From Sphingomonadaceae bacterium (GTDB lineage: Bacteria; Pseudomonadota; Alphaproteobacteria; Sphingomonadales; Sphingomonadaceae): a stretch of 64,000 nt of DNA. A program made the translations under genes and the position numbers. The DNA lies in NCBI GenBank assembly GCA_046153565.1, contig JBJXDU010000030.1, positions 3,793 through 67,792 on the forward strand. Direction: 5' to 3'. Positions within the stretch are counted from its first letter, which is position 1. Each line of letters starts with the position of its first letter. A model generated the notes under the pieces. The model did not search any database. It was not told the origin of the DNA and saw only the letters and a program-made list of their open reading frames with translations. Below are positions 28,759 to 37,942 of the stretch, piece by piece.

Positions 28759-31712
28759 CTGGCTACCGATTACCAAATGGCGGGCGCATTGACCGGTCAC
28801 GGCCGCTGACATTCAGCTTTGATGGCAAGACATATCAGGGCTTTGCAGGCGATACACTCGCATCCGCGTTGATCGCCAATGGGGTGCGGCTTTTTGGTCG
28901 CTCGTTCAAATATCACCGCCCGCGCGGAATCATGGCGGCAGGCACGGAGGAACCAAACGCACTCGTCTCGGTCACGCGCGGCCCGGGGCGTCACACCCCC
29001 AATCTGCGCGCGACGTCGGTTGAGCTTTATGAAGGCCTGACCGCAAGCAGCCAAAATCGCTGGCCATCGCTGCGCTTTGATCTGGGCGCGATCAATGATC
29101 GCTTGTCGATGTTATTCCCCGCTGGTTTTTACAACAAGACCTTCATGTGGCCGCGATCATTTTGGGAAGCGCTTTATGAGCCTGTGATCCGCAAATTGGC
29201 GGGGCTGGGCAACCCGCCGACCGAGCGTGATCCTGACCATTACGGTGCAACCTACGCCCACTGCGATTTGCTCATCGTGGGCGCTGGCCCTGCCGGGATT
29301 GATGCGGCGCTGGCGGCATCAGCAACGAACAAGCGTGTCATCTTAGTTGATGAGCAAGATGAACTTGGCGGCGGTTCGCTGAGCGATCCCGCACTATGGC
29401 CATGGCTTGATCGCAGCATAAAGGCGCTGAGAGCGGCGCCAAATATCCGCGTGCTGACGCGCACGACGGCCTTTGGCTATTATCATGACAATATGGTCGG
29501 CGCGGTTGAGCGGCACACCGATCAGCTTGCCAAGATCCTCCCCGGGACGGTGGGGAGCGAGTCGGTCATGCTCCCTGAGCATTTATCGCACAAATCGGAT
29601 GCCCCCCTCCGTCAGCCTGCGACTGACACCGCCCTGTCCCGGGAAGGATTGCCTCCGCGCGAAACATTATGGCGCATCCGCGCAGGCGAGGTGATTTTGG
29701 CCCAGGGCGCAATCGAGCGACCATTGGTGTTCAGTGGCAATGATACGCCCGGGGTCATGCTGTCATCCGCCGCCAAGACATTCACTGTGCGCTTCGGGGT
29801 CGCAGTGGGGAAATCAATCGCGCTGTTTGCCGCGCATGACAGCGGCTGGCACGATGTGTTTGCGCTCGCCAAAGCTGGCGTCATCATTGCGGCAATAATT
29901 GACGTGCGTGATCAGGTTGATCCAGCGTTGCAGGCGCAAGCTGAAGCACTGGGCATTCCCATATCCCTCGGCCACCGCGTTAGCGCCGTTAAGGGCCGGC
30001 ACGGCGTCAGCGCGGTCACCATAATCGCGTACGGCAGCAGCGCTGTTCGCGACATTGCCTGTGATGCGCTCCTGATGGCAGGCGGCTGGACTCCCAGCGT
30101 CCATCTATGGTCGCATAGCAAAGGCAGTCTGAAGTGGGACGATGACTGGGGCGCTTACCTGCCCGGTACGCCTCTTGAAACTGCACGCTGTGTTGGCGCA
30201 GGCGCGGGCGATTGGCAGTTCGGCAGCGGCGTTGCCCACGACACACAGAATCCGGACAAGCAAAAGGCCTTTGTCGATTTTCAAAATGACGTGACCGCGA
30301 AGGATATCAGGCTCGCCATCCGCGAAGGCTTCACGTCGGTTGAACATATCAAGCGATACACGACCAACGGGATGGCGACCGACCAAGGCAAGACATCAAA
30401 CATTAACGGCTTGCAAATCGCATCGGAGGCGCTCTCGCTACCGATCAGCGCGATCGGCCTCACCACGTTTCGTCCCCCCTATACGCCGCAAACGTTTGGG
30501 GCGCTTGCCGGGCATTTGAGGGGTGACCTGTTTCAGCCAACCCGCAAATCGCCGATTGATGGCTGGGCGGATGCGCAGGGTGCAGTATTTGAACCTGTCG
30601 CGCAGTGGCGGCGCGCGCGCTATTTCCCAAAAGCGGGTGAAGATATGCATGCGGCGGTCAACCGCGAATGTGTGGCGGTTCGGGAACGCGTCGGCATTTT
30701 CGATGCTTCAACGCTTGGCAAGATCGAAGTGGTCGGGCCAGATGCTGCCGAATTCCTCAACCGGATGTACACCAATCCGTGGAAATCGCTTGAGCCGGGG
30801 CGCTGTCGATACGGGCTGTTGCTCAAGGAAGATGGTTTCATCAGCGATGACGGCGTGTCCGCGCGCCTTGCGCCTGACCGGTTTCACTTGACCACAACAA
30901 CGGGCGGGGCCGCCCGCGTGCTCAATATGATGGAGGATTATCTCCAAACCGAATGGCCCGATCTTGATGTGTGGCTGACAAGTGTAACTGAAGAGTGGGC
31001 AGTGATTGCCTTGCAAGGGCCCGATGCCCGCAAAGTGTTAGCGCCGCTGGTCGAAGGGATTGATCTGTCGCCCGATGCATTTCCTCATATGGCCATCCGG
31101 GAGGGTAAAATCTGCGGCGTGCCAACGCGACTGTTCCGGGTGAGTTTCACCGGTGAGCTTGGCTTTGAGATCAACGTACCAGCAGGTTACGGACACAAGC
31201 TTTGGGAGGCGCTGATGACGGCGGGGGCTGCGCACGGCATAACGCCGTACGGCACCGAAGCGATGCACGTCCTGCGCGCGGAAAAGGGCTTCATCATCGT
31301 CGGGCAGGATACAGACGGCACCGTAACACCCGCAGATGCCGGGCTGGGATGGGCGGTGGGCAAAAAGAAGCTCGATTTCGTGGGCAAGCGGTCGCTCACG
31401 CGGCCCGATATTGTCGCGGCGGGGCGCAAGCAATTGGTTGGGCTGCTTACCGATGATCCCAAGGTTGTTCTGGAGGAAGGCGCACAAATCGTCGCCGATC
31501 CCGATCAGCCGATACCCATGACGATGATCGGTCACGTCACATCATCTTATTGGAGCGCGACGCTGGGCCGCTCGATCGCGATGGCCCTCGTTGCCGGTGG
31601 CCACAACCGCATCGGTGAAACGCTTTATATCCCCATGCCCGAAGGCACCCTGCGGGCAATTGTTTCGGAAAGCGTCTTTTATGATCCGCAAGGAGCGCGG
31701 CTAAATGGCTGA
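28755..31712 (+). CDS. soxA: Sarcosine oxidase alpha subunit (carries an in-frame repeat insertion)
   Basis: 985 aa. N-terminal LTFSFDGKTYQGFAGDTLASALIANGV, LLIVGAGPAGI and a C-terminal GcvT-like folate domain. 4-nt overlap with soxD. Confidence 0.9.
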   Translation: MTGYRLPNGGRIDRSRPLTFSFDGKTYQGFAGDTLASALIANGVRLFGRSFKYHRPRGIMAAGTEEPNALVSVTRGPGRHTPNLRATSVELYEGLTASSQNRWPSLRFDLGAINDRLSMLFPAGFYNKTFMWPRSFWEALYEPVIRKLAGLGNPPTERDPDHYGATYAHCDLLIVGAGPAGIDAALAASATNKRVILVDEQDELGGGSLSDPALWPWLDRSIKALRAAPNIRVLTRTTAFGYYHDNMVGAVERHTDQLAKILPGTVGSESVMLPEHLSHKSDAPLRQPATDTALSREGLPPRETLWRIRAGEVILAQGAIERPLVFSGNDTPGVMLSSAAKTFTVRFGVAVGKSIALFAAHDSGWHDVFALAKAGVIIAAIIDVRDQVDPALQAQAEALGIPISLGHRVSAVKGRHGVSAVTIIAYGSSAVRDIACDALLMAGGWTPSVHLWSHSKGSLKWDDDWGAYLPGTPLETARCVGAGAGDWQFGSGVAHDTQNPDKQKAFVDFQNDVTAKDIRLAIREGFTSVEHIKRYTTNGMATDQGKTSNINGLQIASEALSLPISAIGLTTFRPPYTPQTFGALAGHLRGDLFQPTRKSPIDGWADAQGAVFEPVAQWRRARYFPKAGEDMHAAVNRECVAVRERVGIFDASTLGKIEVVGPDAAEFLNRMYTNPWKSLEPGRCRYGLLLKEDGFISDDGVSARLAPDRFHLTTTTGGAARVLNMMEDYLQTEWPDLDVWLTSVTEEWAVIALQGPDARKVLAPLVEGIDLSPDAFPHMAIREGKICGVPTRLFRVSFTGELGFEINVPAGYGHKLWEALMTAGAAHGITPYGTEAMHVLRAEKGFIIVGQDTDGTVTPADAGLGWAVGKKKLDFVGKRSLTRPDIVAAGRKQLVGLLTDDPKVVLEEGAQIVADPDQPIPMTMIGHVTSSYWSATLGRSIAMALVAGGHNRIGETLYIPMPEGTLRAIVSESVFYDPQGARLNG
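29533..29650. repeat. Nested-palindromic element, copy C, in frame inside soxA
   Basis: 29533-29556 (AGATCCTCCCCGGGACGGTGGGGAG) matches the copy A left end. 29602-29650 (CCCCCCTCCGTCAGCCTGCGACTGACACCGCCCTGTCCCGGGAAGGATT) matches the reverse complement of the copy A left arm at about 44 of 51 positions by my hand alignment. The boundaries are approximate. Confidence 0.65.
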
Positions 31713-32214
31713 TATGCTGACCATCACTAGCCCACTGCCCTCTACGCCTGCGACGTTCGCGGATGTAACGATCAGCGTGGCACCCCCGCTCGCCCGCTAT
31801 TCACTACGCGCGCGCGACCGCGTCACGCTTGAGCAAGTGGTAGGGTTTACCTTGCCATCGATGATTGGGCAAACGATCGGCGGCGTCGCCTGCCTTGGTC
31901 CAGACGAATATTATGCCCGGCTGCCCGAAGGGACTATGATCGCAACAGGCAACGGCTTGCCAGTCAGCGTAACCGACGTAAGCCACCGCGCAGTGGGCAT
32001 CATCGTTGAAGGCGCAGACGCATGGCGCGTGCTCGCTGCCGGTTGCCCGCTTGATCTCGAACGCTTCGTCGTGGGGCGCACCGCGCGCACAATTTATGAA
32101 TTGGTTGAGGTGATCATTTACCGCGAGAGTGAGACCCGTTTCCACATCGATGTCTGGCGCAGCTTTGCGCCTTGGCTGTGGGGAGCGATGAACGCCGCGG
32201 CCGGGGCTATGTAA
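31705..32214 (+). CDS. soxG: Sarcosine oxidase gamma subunit
   Basis: 169 aa. Call based on its position after soxA (8-nt overlap) and a size typical of SoxG. The sequence itself is weakly diagnostic. Confidence 0.75.
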   Translation: MADMLTITSPLPSTPATFADVTISVAPPLARYSLRARDRVTLEQVVGFTLPSMIGQTIGGVACLGPDEYYARLPEGTMIATGNGLPVSVTDVSHRAVGIIVEGADAWRVLAAGCPLDLERFVVGRTARTIYELVEVIIYRESETRFHIDVWRSFAPWLWGAMNAAAGAM

Positions 32215-32234
32215 CGCTCTTTTCGATCAGACCC

Positions 32235-33200
32235 TCACCCATCCCCCGGCCATTCAATCTGATCTGCAATCCAGGGGTAAGCCTCAACAATCGGGGGGAA
32301 AGTCTCACAGCGCAACACGGTCCGTGCCAGCGTTGCGGTCTCTTCGGGCAGGTTACCCAATTCTCCCGCGCGTGACACTATTTGAACACGGCGCGAGAAG
32401 CGCGTGTCAGGGATGGGTGCAACCCGGAGTGCTGCCATCATGGCCGGTTGCGCAGCGATGCACAGCAGCGAAGTGATGCTCCATCCCAGCCCCTGCGCAA
32501 CTGCTGAGATTTGCTGGTGCGTCATATCGACTTCAACGACGTTGGGCAGGCTCACCTTCATCCGCACCAATTGCCGCTCGATCCGTTGCCCCATGCCGCT
32601 GCTTAGCGAATAGCGGATGAAGGGCAGCGCGGTGATCGCCTTCATGTCGGCGGTCGTCCCCCGATAGTCGGCGGGGAATATGAGCACGAAGGGGTCAACA
32701 ACCAGCGAGCGATGGTCAATCCCCTCCATCTTTTCGAGCATATTGCTGCCCGTAACGAGCATATCATAGCGTCGCGCGAGGAAATCCTCATGCTGCGCCG
32801 CCGAAATCCCTGATCCGATTTTCCACCGGCTAACGCGGTTACCAAGGACGCGGAGCAGGGGCGCGGTCAGCTGTGCCGCGAGGCTTTCGGACATGCCGAT
32901 CGTCACATGATCAATCGGCAAGTTAGCGCCGGCACGCACGTCATCATAAATCAGCCGCGCCTGTGCGAGCAATGCGTGACCGCGTTCGTATAATGCCTTT
33001 CCCGTTGTCGTGAGGGCAATCGGGCGCAGTGAACGATCGAATAAAGGCGCGCCCACGCCCGCCTCAAGCTTGGCAATTGTTTGCGACACCGCCGATTGGG
33101 TGATGCGCAAATGCTGCGCAGCAATTGTCATGCCGCCAAGCTCGACCGTCAGGATGAAAACCTCAATCGCGTGCAGATCAAATTCGGGCGCGCGGGTCAT
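32235..33200 (-). CDS. LysR-family transcriptional regulator
   Basis: 321 aa. N-terminal HTH LHAIEVFILTVELGGMTIAAQHLRITQSAVSQTIAKLE. Its start overlaps the fdhD stop by 4 nt. Confidence 0.85.
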   Translation of the reverse strand: MTRAPEFDLHAIEVFILTVELGGMTIAAQHLRITQSAVSQTIAKLEAGVGAPLFDRSLRPIALTTTGKALYERGHALLAQARLIYDDVRAGANLPIDHVTIGMSESLAAQLTAPLLRVLGNRVSRWKIGSGISAAQHEDFLARRYDMLVTGSNMLEKMEGIDHRSLVVDPFVLIFPADYRGTTADMKAITALPFIRYSLSSGMGQRIERQLVRMKVSLPNVVEVDMTHQQISAVAQGLGWSITSLLCIAAQPAMMAALRVAPIPDTRFSRRVQIVSRAGELGNLPEETATLARTVLRCETFPPIVEAYPWIADQIEWPGDG

Positions 33201-34033
33201 GAATAAAGACCAGCAGGGTCGTTCGCGACGAGCATTGCATCGCGGCGCGCCAGCACGATTAGGGTCAAATCATGCGCAGCCGCGCGTTCGACCGCGAGGC
33301 TGGTGGGGGCCGATATCGTGACGAGCATTGGGCACCCCGCGATGATCGTCTTTTCAACAAGTTCATAGCTGCACCGCGCGGTCACCAGAATGAAGCCGCT
33401 CGCGGGATCCATCCCGCCGCGAGCGAGCGCGCCAATCAGCTTGTCGAGCGCATTATGCCGCCCGACATCTTCACGCGCGATAAGGATGGTGCCATCATGA
33501 GCGCAAAAGGCGGCGCCGTGCACGGCACCGGTTTCAACGCTTAAGGGTTGATGGTCACGCAGCGCCTCAAGCGCTGCAAACAGCGCAGCAGGAATCGCTG
33601 AGGGTCGCGCGCTGATTTTGGGTAGCGGTCGCATCACTTGCTCAAGGCTTTCAAGCCCGCACAGACCGCAACTGCTTTCCGACACACGCTGCCGCGCGCG
33701 ATCGAGGATCGGTGCCATGTGGTCAGGGTCTAAGGCAATCCGCAGGATCATCCCCTCTGACTGTTCGATGGCCTCAATCTCAACCACGTTACGCGGCGAT
33801 GTGATCAGCCTTTCGGACAAGCCGAAACCAATGGCAAAGTCTTGGAGGTCAGTCGGTGTCGCCATCATCACCGCATAGCCTATGCCATTAAACTCAATCG
33901 CAATGGGTATCTCGATGGCGAGCGGGCGCATGATGTGGCCCACTGGCTCGTCAGGACGCAGCACCCCCAGCGTGCGATTGATGCTGCTTAGTTCAGGCGC
34001 TTTCATGGAAAGTGGCAATCGCGGCCGCCGCAA
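33197..34033 (-). CDS. fdhD: Formate dehydrogenase accessory sulfurtransferase FdhD (FdsC)
   Basis: 278 aa. SESSCGLCGLESLEQV cysteine motif and EDVGRHNALDKLIGA. The start is uncertain, with an alternative MKAPEL at 34006. Overlaps the fdsD 3' end. Confidence 0.83.
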   Translation of the reverse strand: MRRPRLPLSMKAPELSSINRTLGVLRPDEPVGHIMRPLAIEIPIAIEFNGIGYAVMMATPTDLQDFAIGFGLSERLITSPRNVVEIEAIEQSEGMILRIALDPDHMAPILDRARQRVSESSCGLCGLESLEQVMRPLPKISARPSAIPAALFAALEALRDHQPLSVETGAVHGAAFCAHDGTILIAREDVGRHNALDKLIGALARGGMDPASGFILVTARCSYELVEKTIIAGCPMLVTISAPTSLAVERAAAHDLTLIVLARRDAMLVANDPAGLYS

Positions 34034-34196
34034 TGGCGCTTAGCCCTGACCCGTCATGGGCTTTGATCATCGCCTTCATCCGTGGATCCCAGAAATCGGC
34101 AATATGCTGCGCGGTCGCGCGCGTTGGATCGGGATCAGTCGCTAGGTTGGCGGCGATATGATTGGCCGAGCGCACCAACCGTTCAAGCGTCGTCAT
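33993..34196 (-). CDS. fdsD: NAD-dependent formate dehydrogenase delta subunit
   Basis: 67 aa. LVRSANHIAANL...ATAQHIADFWDPRMK resembles FdsD. Lies directly after fdsA with a 4-nt overlap. Confidence 0.7.
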   Translation of the reverse strand: MTTLERLVRSANHIAANLATDPDPTRATAQHIADFWDPRMKAMIKAHDGSGLSAIAAAAIATFHESA

Positions 34197-37036
34197 TCGG
34201 CCGGCACCGCCACAACAATCCGCCGCGACCTCGTGCCCAATTCTTCATAGCTTTCCTGCCAGTCGGTCGGGCCGTTTGAGGCACTGATCTGCACCGCCGT
34301 CACCTTATATTCGGGGCAGTTGGTGGCCCAATCGGAGAAGTCAGTGGTGACGACATTGGCTTGCGTGCTTGGGTGGTGGAAGGTCGTATAGACAACACCC
34401 GGCGCGACCCGGTCTGTCACCGTCGCACGCAGGGTCGTTTCGCCCGCGCGCGATGCGAGCTTGACCCAATCGCCCGATTTGATCCCGCGATCTTCAGCGT
34501 CGGTTGGATGGATTTCGAGCAAATCTTCAGGGTGCCATGCAACATTCGCCGTCCGCCGCGTCTGCGCGCCGACATTATAGTGCGCGAGAATCCGCCCGGT
34601 CGTGAGCAGCAGCGGAAAGCGCGGGCCGGTTTTTTCATCAGTCGGCACATAATCGGTAACGACGAACTTGCCTTTGCCGCGCACAAAGCCATCAATGTGC
34701 ATCACGGGTGTGCCTTCAGGTGTCGCGTCGTTGGCGGGCCATTGCAGCGATCCAACCTCGTCAAGCTTGGCGAAAGAAACACCCGCAAAAGTCGGCGTCA
34801 GGCGCGCAATTTCATCCATGATTTCGGAAGGGTGGGTATAATTCCAATCGAGCCCCATCGCATTGGCAATACCCTGCGTCACTTCCCAATCCTCATAGCC
34901 ATTGAGCGGGGTCATCACCTTGCGCACCGGCTGGATGCGGCGTTCGGCGTTGGTGAAGGTGCCATTCTTCTCAAGGAACGTCGATCCGGGGAGGAAGATA
35001 TGTGCGTAATTGGCAGTTTCGTTGAGGAAAAGATCATGGACGATCACGCATTCCATCGCCGCAAGCCCCGCCGATACGTGGCGCGTATCAGGGTCGGATT
35101 GGAGGATATCCTCACCCTGTATGTAGATCGCCTTGAACAGGCCATCGACAGCGGCATCAAGCATGTTGGGAATGCGCAGGCCCGGTTCGGGATCAAGCCG
35201 CACGCCCCAATCCGCCTCGAAAAGTGTGCGCGTCGCGCCATCGGAAATGTGGCGATAGCCTGGCAATTCGTGGGGGAAGCTGCCCATATCGCACGCGCCC
35301 TGCACATTATTCTGACCCCGTAAGGGGTTCACGCCGACGCCCTTGCGCCCGATATTGCCCGTCGCCATCGCAAGGTTGGCAATCGCCATCACCGTCGATG
35401 ATCCCTGACTATGTTCGGTGACGCCCAGACCATAATAGATCGCGCCATTGCCACCGGTTGCGAACAAATGCGCTGCCGCACGGAGCTCTGCAGGGTCAAC
35501 GAGTGTGACTGGCTGCAACGCTTCGGGGCTGTTGCGGCTGTTTGAAACGAATTCGGCCCAGTGGCTATATTCATCCCAATCACACCGTTCGCGGATGAAG
35601 GCTTCGTCGGCCAATCCCTCGGTCACGATCACATGCGCGATGGCGGTGAGCACCGCGACATTGGTGCCGGGGCGCAGGGGCAAATGATGCGCAGCCTCGA
35701 TATGCGGCGTGCGTACGATATCGATGCGGCGCGGGTCAACGACGATCAGTTTCGCGCCTTTACGCAAGCGGCGCTTCATCCGGCTCGCAAATACGGGGTG
35801 ACCGTCGGTTGGATTGGCCCCAATCAGCAGGATGACATCGCTATGTTCAACACTATCAAAATCTTGTGTGCCCGCCGACGTGCCAAAGGTCGTCTTGAGC
35901 CCGTAACCCGTCGGCGAGTGACACACGCGCGCGCACGTATCGACGTTATTATTGCCAAAGCCCGCGCGCACAAGCTTTTGCACAAGGAAGGTCTCTTCGT
36001 TGGTACAGCGTGATGATGTTATCCCGCCCAGCGCTGCCTTGCCATATTGCCCCTCGATCCGGCGCAGTTCAGACGCGGTATAGGCAAAGGCCTCATCCCA
36101 GCTGACTTCGCGCCACGGCTGATCGATTGAGGCACGGATCATCGGCTTGGTGATCCGCTCCTGATGCGTGGCATAGCCCCAAGCAAAGCGACCCTTGACG
36201 CAGCTATGCCCGCGATTTGCCTTGCCCTCCTTATGCGGCACCATCCGCACGACCTGCTCGCCGCGCATCTCGGCGCGGAAGGTGCAGCCAACGCCGCAAT
36301 AGGCACAAGTGGTGACGACCGCGCGTTCAGGTGTGCCGATTTCGACCAATGCTTTTTCGGTGAGCGTTGCGGTTGGGCAGGCCTGAACGCAGGCGCCGCA
36401 CGAAACACATTCGGACGACATGAAATCATCGCCAAGCAGCCCCGCCGACACTTTCGATCCAAAGCCCCGCGCTTCAATCGTGAGCGCAAATGTGCCTTGC
36501 ACTTCGTCGCACGCGCGCACGCAGCGTGAGCAGACGATGCACTTTGACGGGTCAAAATCGAAATAAGGATTGGAGACATCTTTGGCTTGGCCCAAATGAT
36601 CGTCGCCAGCGCCGTAGCGCACATCGCGCAGGCCAACCGCGCCTGCCTGATCCTGCAGCTCGCAATCGCCATTGGCCGCACAAGTGAGGCAATCGAGCGG
36701 ATGATCGGAGATGTAGAGCTCCATCACGCCCTTGCGAAGCTTCGCCAGACGCGGGTTTTGGGTCTGAACGACCATGCCTTCGGTGACTGGCGTGGTGCAG
36801 GAAGCCGGCGTGCCGCGCATCCCGTCAATCTCGACAAGGCACAGGCGACATGAGCCGAAGCTTTTGAGGCTATCGGTCGCGCACAATTTGGGGATCGACG
36901 TGCCATTCTCCGCCGCCGCGCGCATCACGGTCGTGCCCGCAGGCACGCTCACCGCGCGGCCATCGATGGTGAGCGTCACCACATCGGTCGAACGCGATTC
37001 GGGCGTGCCAAAATCTTTTTGTGGCTGGTAGGTCAT
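34193..37036 (-). CDS. fdsA: NAD-dependent formate dehydrogenase alpha subunit (molybdopterin, multiple Fe-S)
   Basis: 947 aa. N-terminal 2Fe-2S and 4Fe-4S cysteine clusters (SCRLCLVEI, CIVCSRCVRAC, CVSCGACVQACP, TCAYCGVGC), then molybdopterin oxidoreductase and dinucleotide-binding domains. No in-frame TGA, so this is the Cys-type enzyme. Confidence 0.9.
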   Translation of the reverse strand: MTYQPQKDFGTPESRSTDVVTLTIDGRAVSVPAGTTVMRAAAENGTSIPKLCATDSLKSFGSCRLCLVEIDGMRGTPASCTTPVTEGMVVQTQNPRLAKLRKGVMELYISDHPLDCLTCAANGDCELQDQAGAVGLRDVRYGAGDDHLGQAKDVSNPYFDFDPSKCIVCSRCVRACDEVQGTFALTIEARGFGSKVSAGLLGDDFMSSECVSCGACVQACPTATLTEKALVEIGTPERAVVTTCAYCGVGCTFRAEMRGEQVVRMVPHKEGKANRGHSCVKGRFAWGYATHQERITKPMIRASIDQPWREVSWDEAFAYTASELRRIEGQYGKAALGGITSSRCTNEETFLVQKLVRAGFGNNNVDTCARVCHSPTGYGLKTTFGTSAGTQDFDSVEHSDVILLIGANPTDGHPVFASRMKRRLRKGAKLIVVDPRRIDIVRTPHIEAAHHLPLRPGTNVAVLTAIAHVIVTEGLADEAFIRERCDWDEYSHWAEFVSNSRNSPEALQPVTLVDPAELRAAAHLFATGGNGAIYYGLGVTEHSQGSSTVMAIANLAMATGNIGRKGVGVNPLRGQNNVQGACDMGSFPHELPGYRHISDGATRTLFEADWGVRLDPEPGLRIPNMLDAAVDGLFKAIYIQGEDILQSDPDTRHVSAGLAAMECVIVHDLFLNETANYAHIFLPGSTFLEKNGTFTNAERRIQPVRKVMTPLNGYEDWEVTQGIANAMGLDWNYTHPSEIMDEIARLTPTFAGVSFAKLDEVGSLQWPANDATPEGTPVMHIDGFVRGKGKFVVTDYVPTDEKTGPRFPLLLTTGRILAHYNVGAQTRRTANVAWHPEDLLEIHPTDAEDRGIKSGDWVKLASRAGETTLRATVTDRVAPGVVYTTFHHPSTQANVVTTDFSDWATNCPEYKVTAVQISASNGPTDWQESYEELGTRSRRIVVAVPAE

Positions 37037-37069
37037 GCCATAATCCTTACACCAAAATATGCATCATTG

Positions 37070-37942
37070 TTAGTCGCGCGCACCAGCTGACAGCGCGGCG
37101 ATATGTGCGGCCCCAATCCCGCAACATCCGCCGACCATTGTTGCCCCCGCTGCGATCCATTTCTGCGCCCAATCGAGGTAGCGCGGCGGATCAAGGTCAG
37201 CGCGAATTTGCTGCAAATCAACATTGGCATCCTTGTCTTCGGCCTTCGCCGCAAAGCCGTTGGCGTAAACGCCAATCGCGATCTCACTATCGCCGAGCGC
37301 TGCCTTCGCCGCCGCAACGGCGGCCTCCATCACCTCAGGCGCGCTGCAATTGAACAGAAGAGCTCCCGCGCCAACCTGTTTCGCAAGCGCGGCGGCTTGG
37401 GCGATTGTTTCCCCCGAGCGCAGCATAGGTTCGCCGTCATCCTTAAGCGTGAATGACAGCCATAATGGCCGCTCATCCCCCGCCAGCAAATCAGCGATCA
37501 ACGCTCCCTCTGCAATCGTGCTGAGCGTTTCGGCGAGCCAGATATCGGCGGTGGGGGATAGCGCCGCGATCAGCACCTCAAGGATGGCTTTTGCCGCGTT
37601 CACTTCAAACAAGTCAGGCCGATACGAACCAAGCACCGGTGGCAATGAGGCCGCAACTCTGATGCCCCGCCGATCCGCAACCTCGCGCGCCAGCTGCCCC
37701 GCGCGCGCGGCCAAAGCGGGGCCTTCCGCCGCAAATCGATCCTCGCCAATATGGAACGGCACAACGGCATAGCTATTGGTGCTAATCACCTGCGCGCCTG
37801 CCACCGCAAAATCGTCATGCACTTGCGCCACCAAATGCGGGGTTTCGATAAGCGCAAGCGCCGACCATTCAGGCTGACGAAAGGGCGCGCCAAGCCGTTG
37901 CAGCTCGCGGCTGATCCCGCCATCGAGGATGGTAACACTCAT
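37070..37942 (-). CDS. Homocysteine S-methyltransferase family protein (betaine- or S-methylmethionine-homocysteine methyltransferase type)
   Basis: 290 aa. ILDGGISRELQ start, and the C-terminal zinc-ligand context VGGCCGIGAAHI is typical of Pfam S-methyl_trans. 4-nt overlap with the fdsB stop. Confidence 0.8.
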   Translation of the reverse strand: MSVTILDGGISRELQRLGAPFRQPEWSALALIETPHLVAQVHDDFAVAGAQVISTNSYAVVPFHIGEDRFAAEGPALAARAGQLAREVADRRGIRVAASLPPVLGSYRPDLFEVNAAKAILEVLIAALSPTADIWLAETLSTIAEGALIADLLAGDERPLWLSFTLKDDGEPMLRSGETIAQAAALAKQVGAGALLFNCSAPEVMEAAVAAAKAALGDSEIAIGVYANGFAAKAEDKDANVDLQQIRADLDPPRYLDWAQKWIAAGATMVGGCCGIGAAHIAALSAGARD

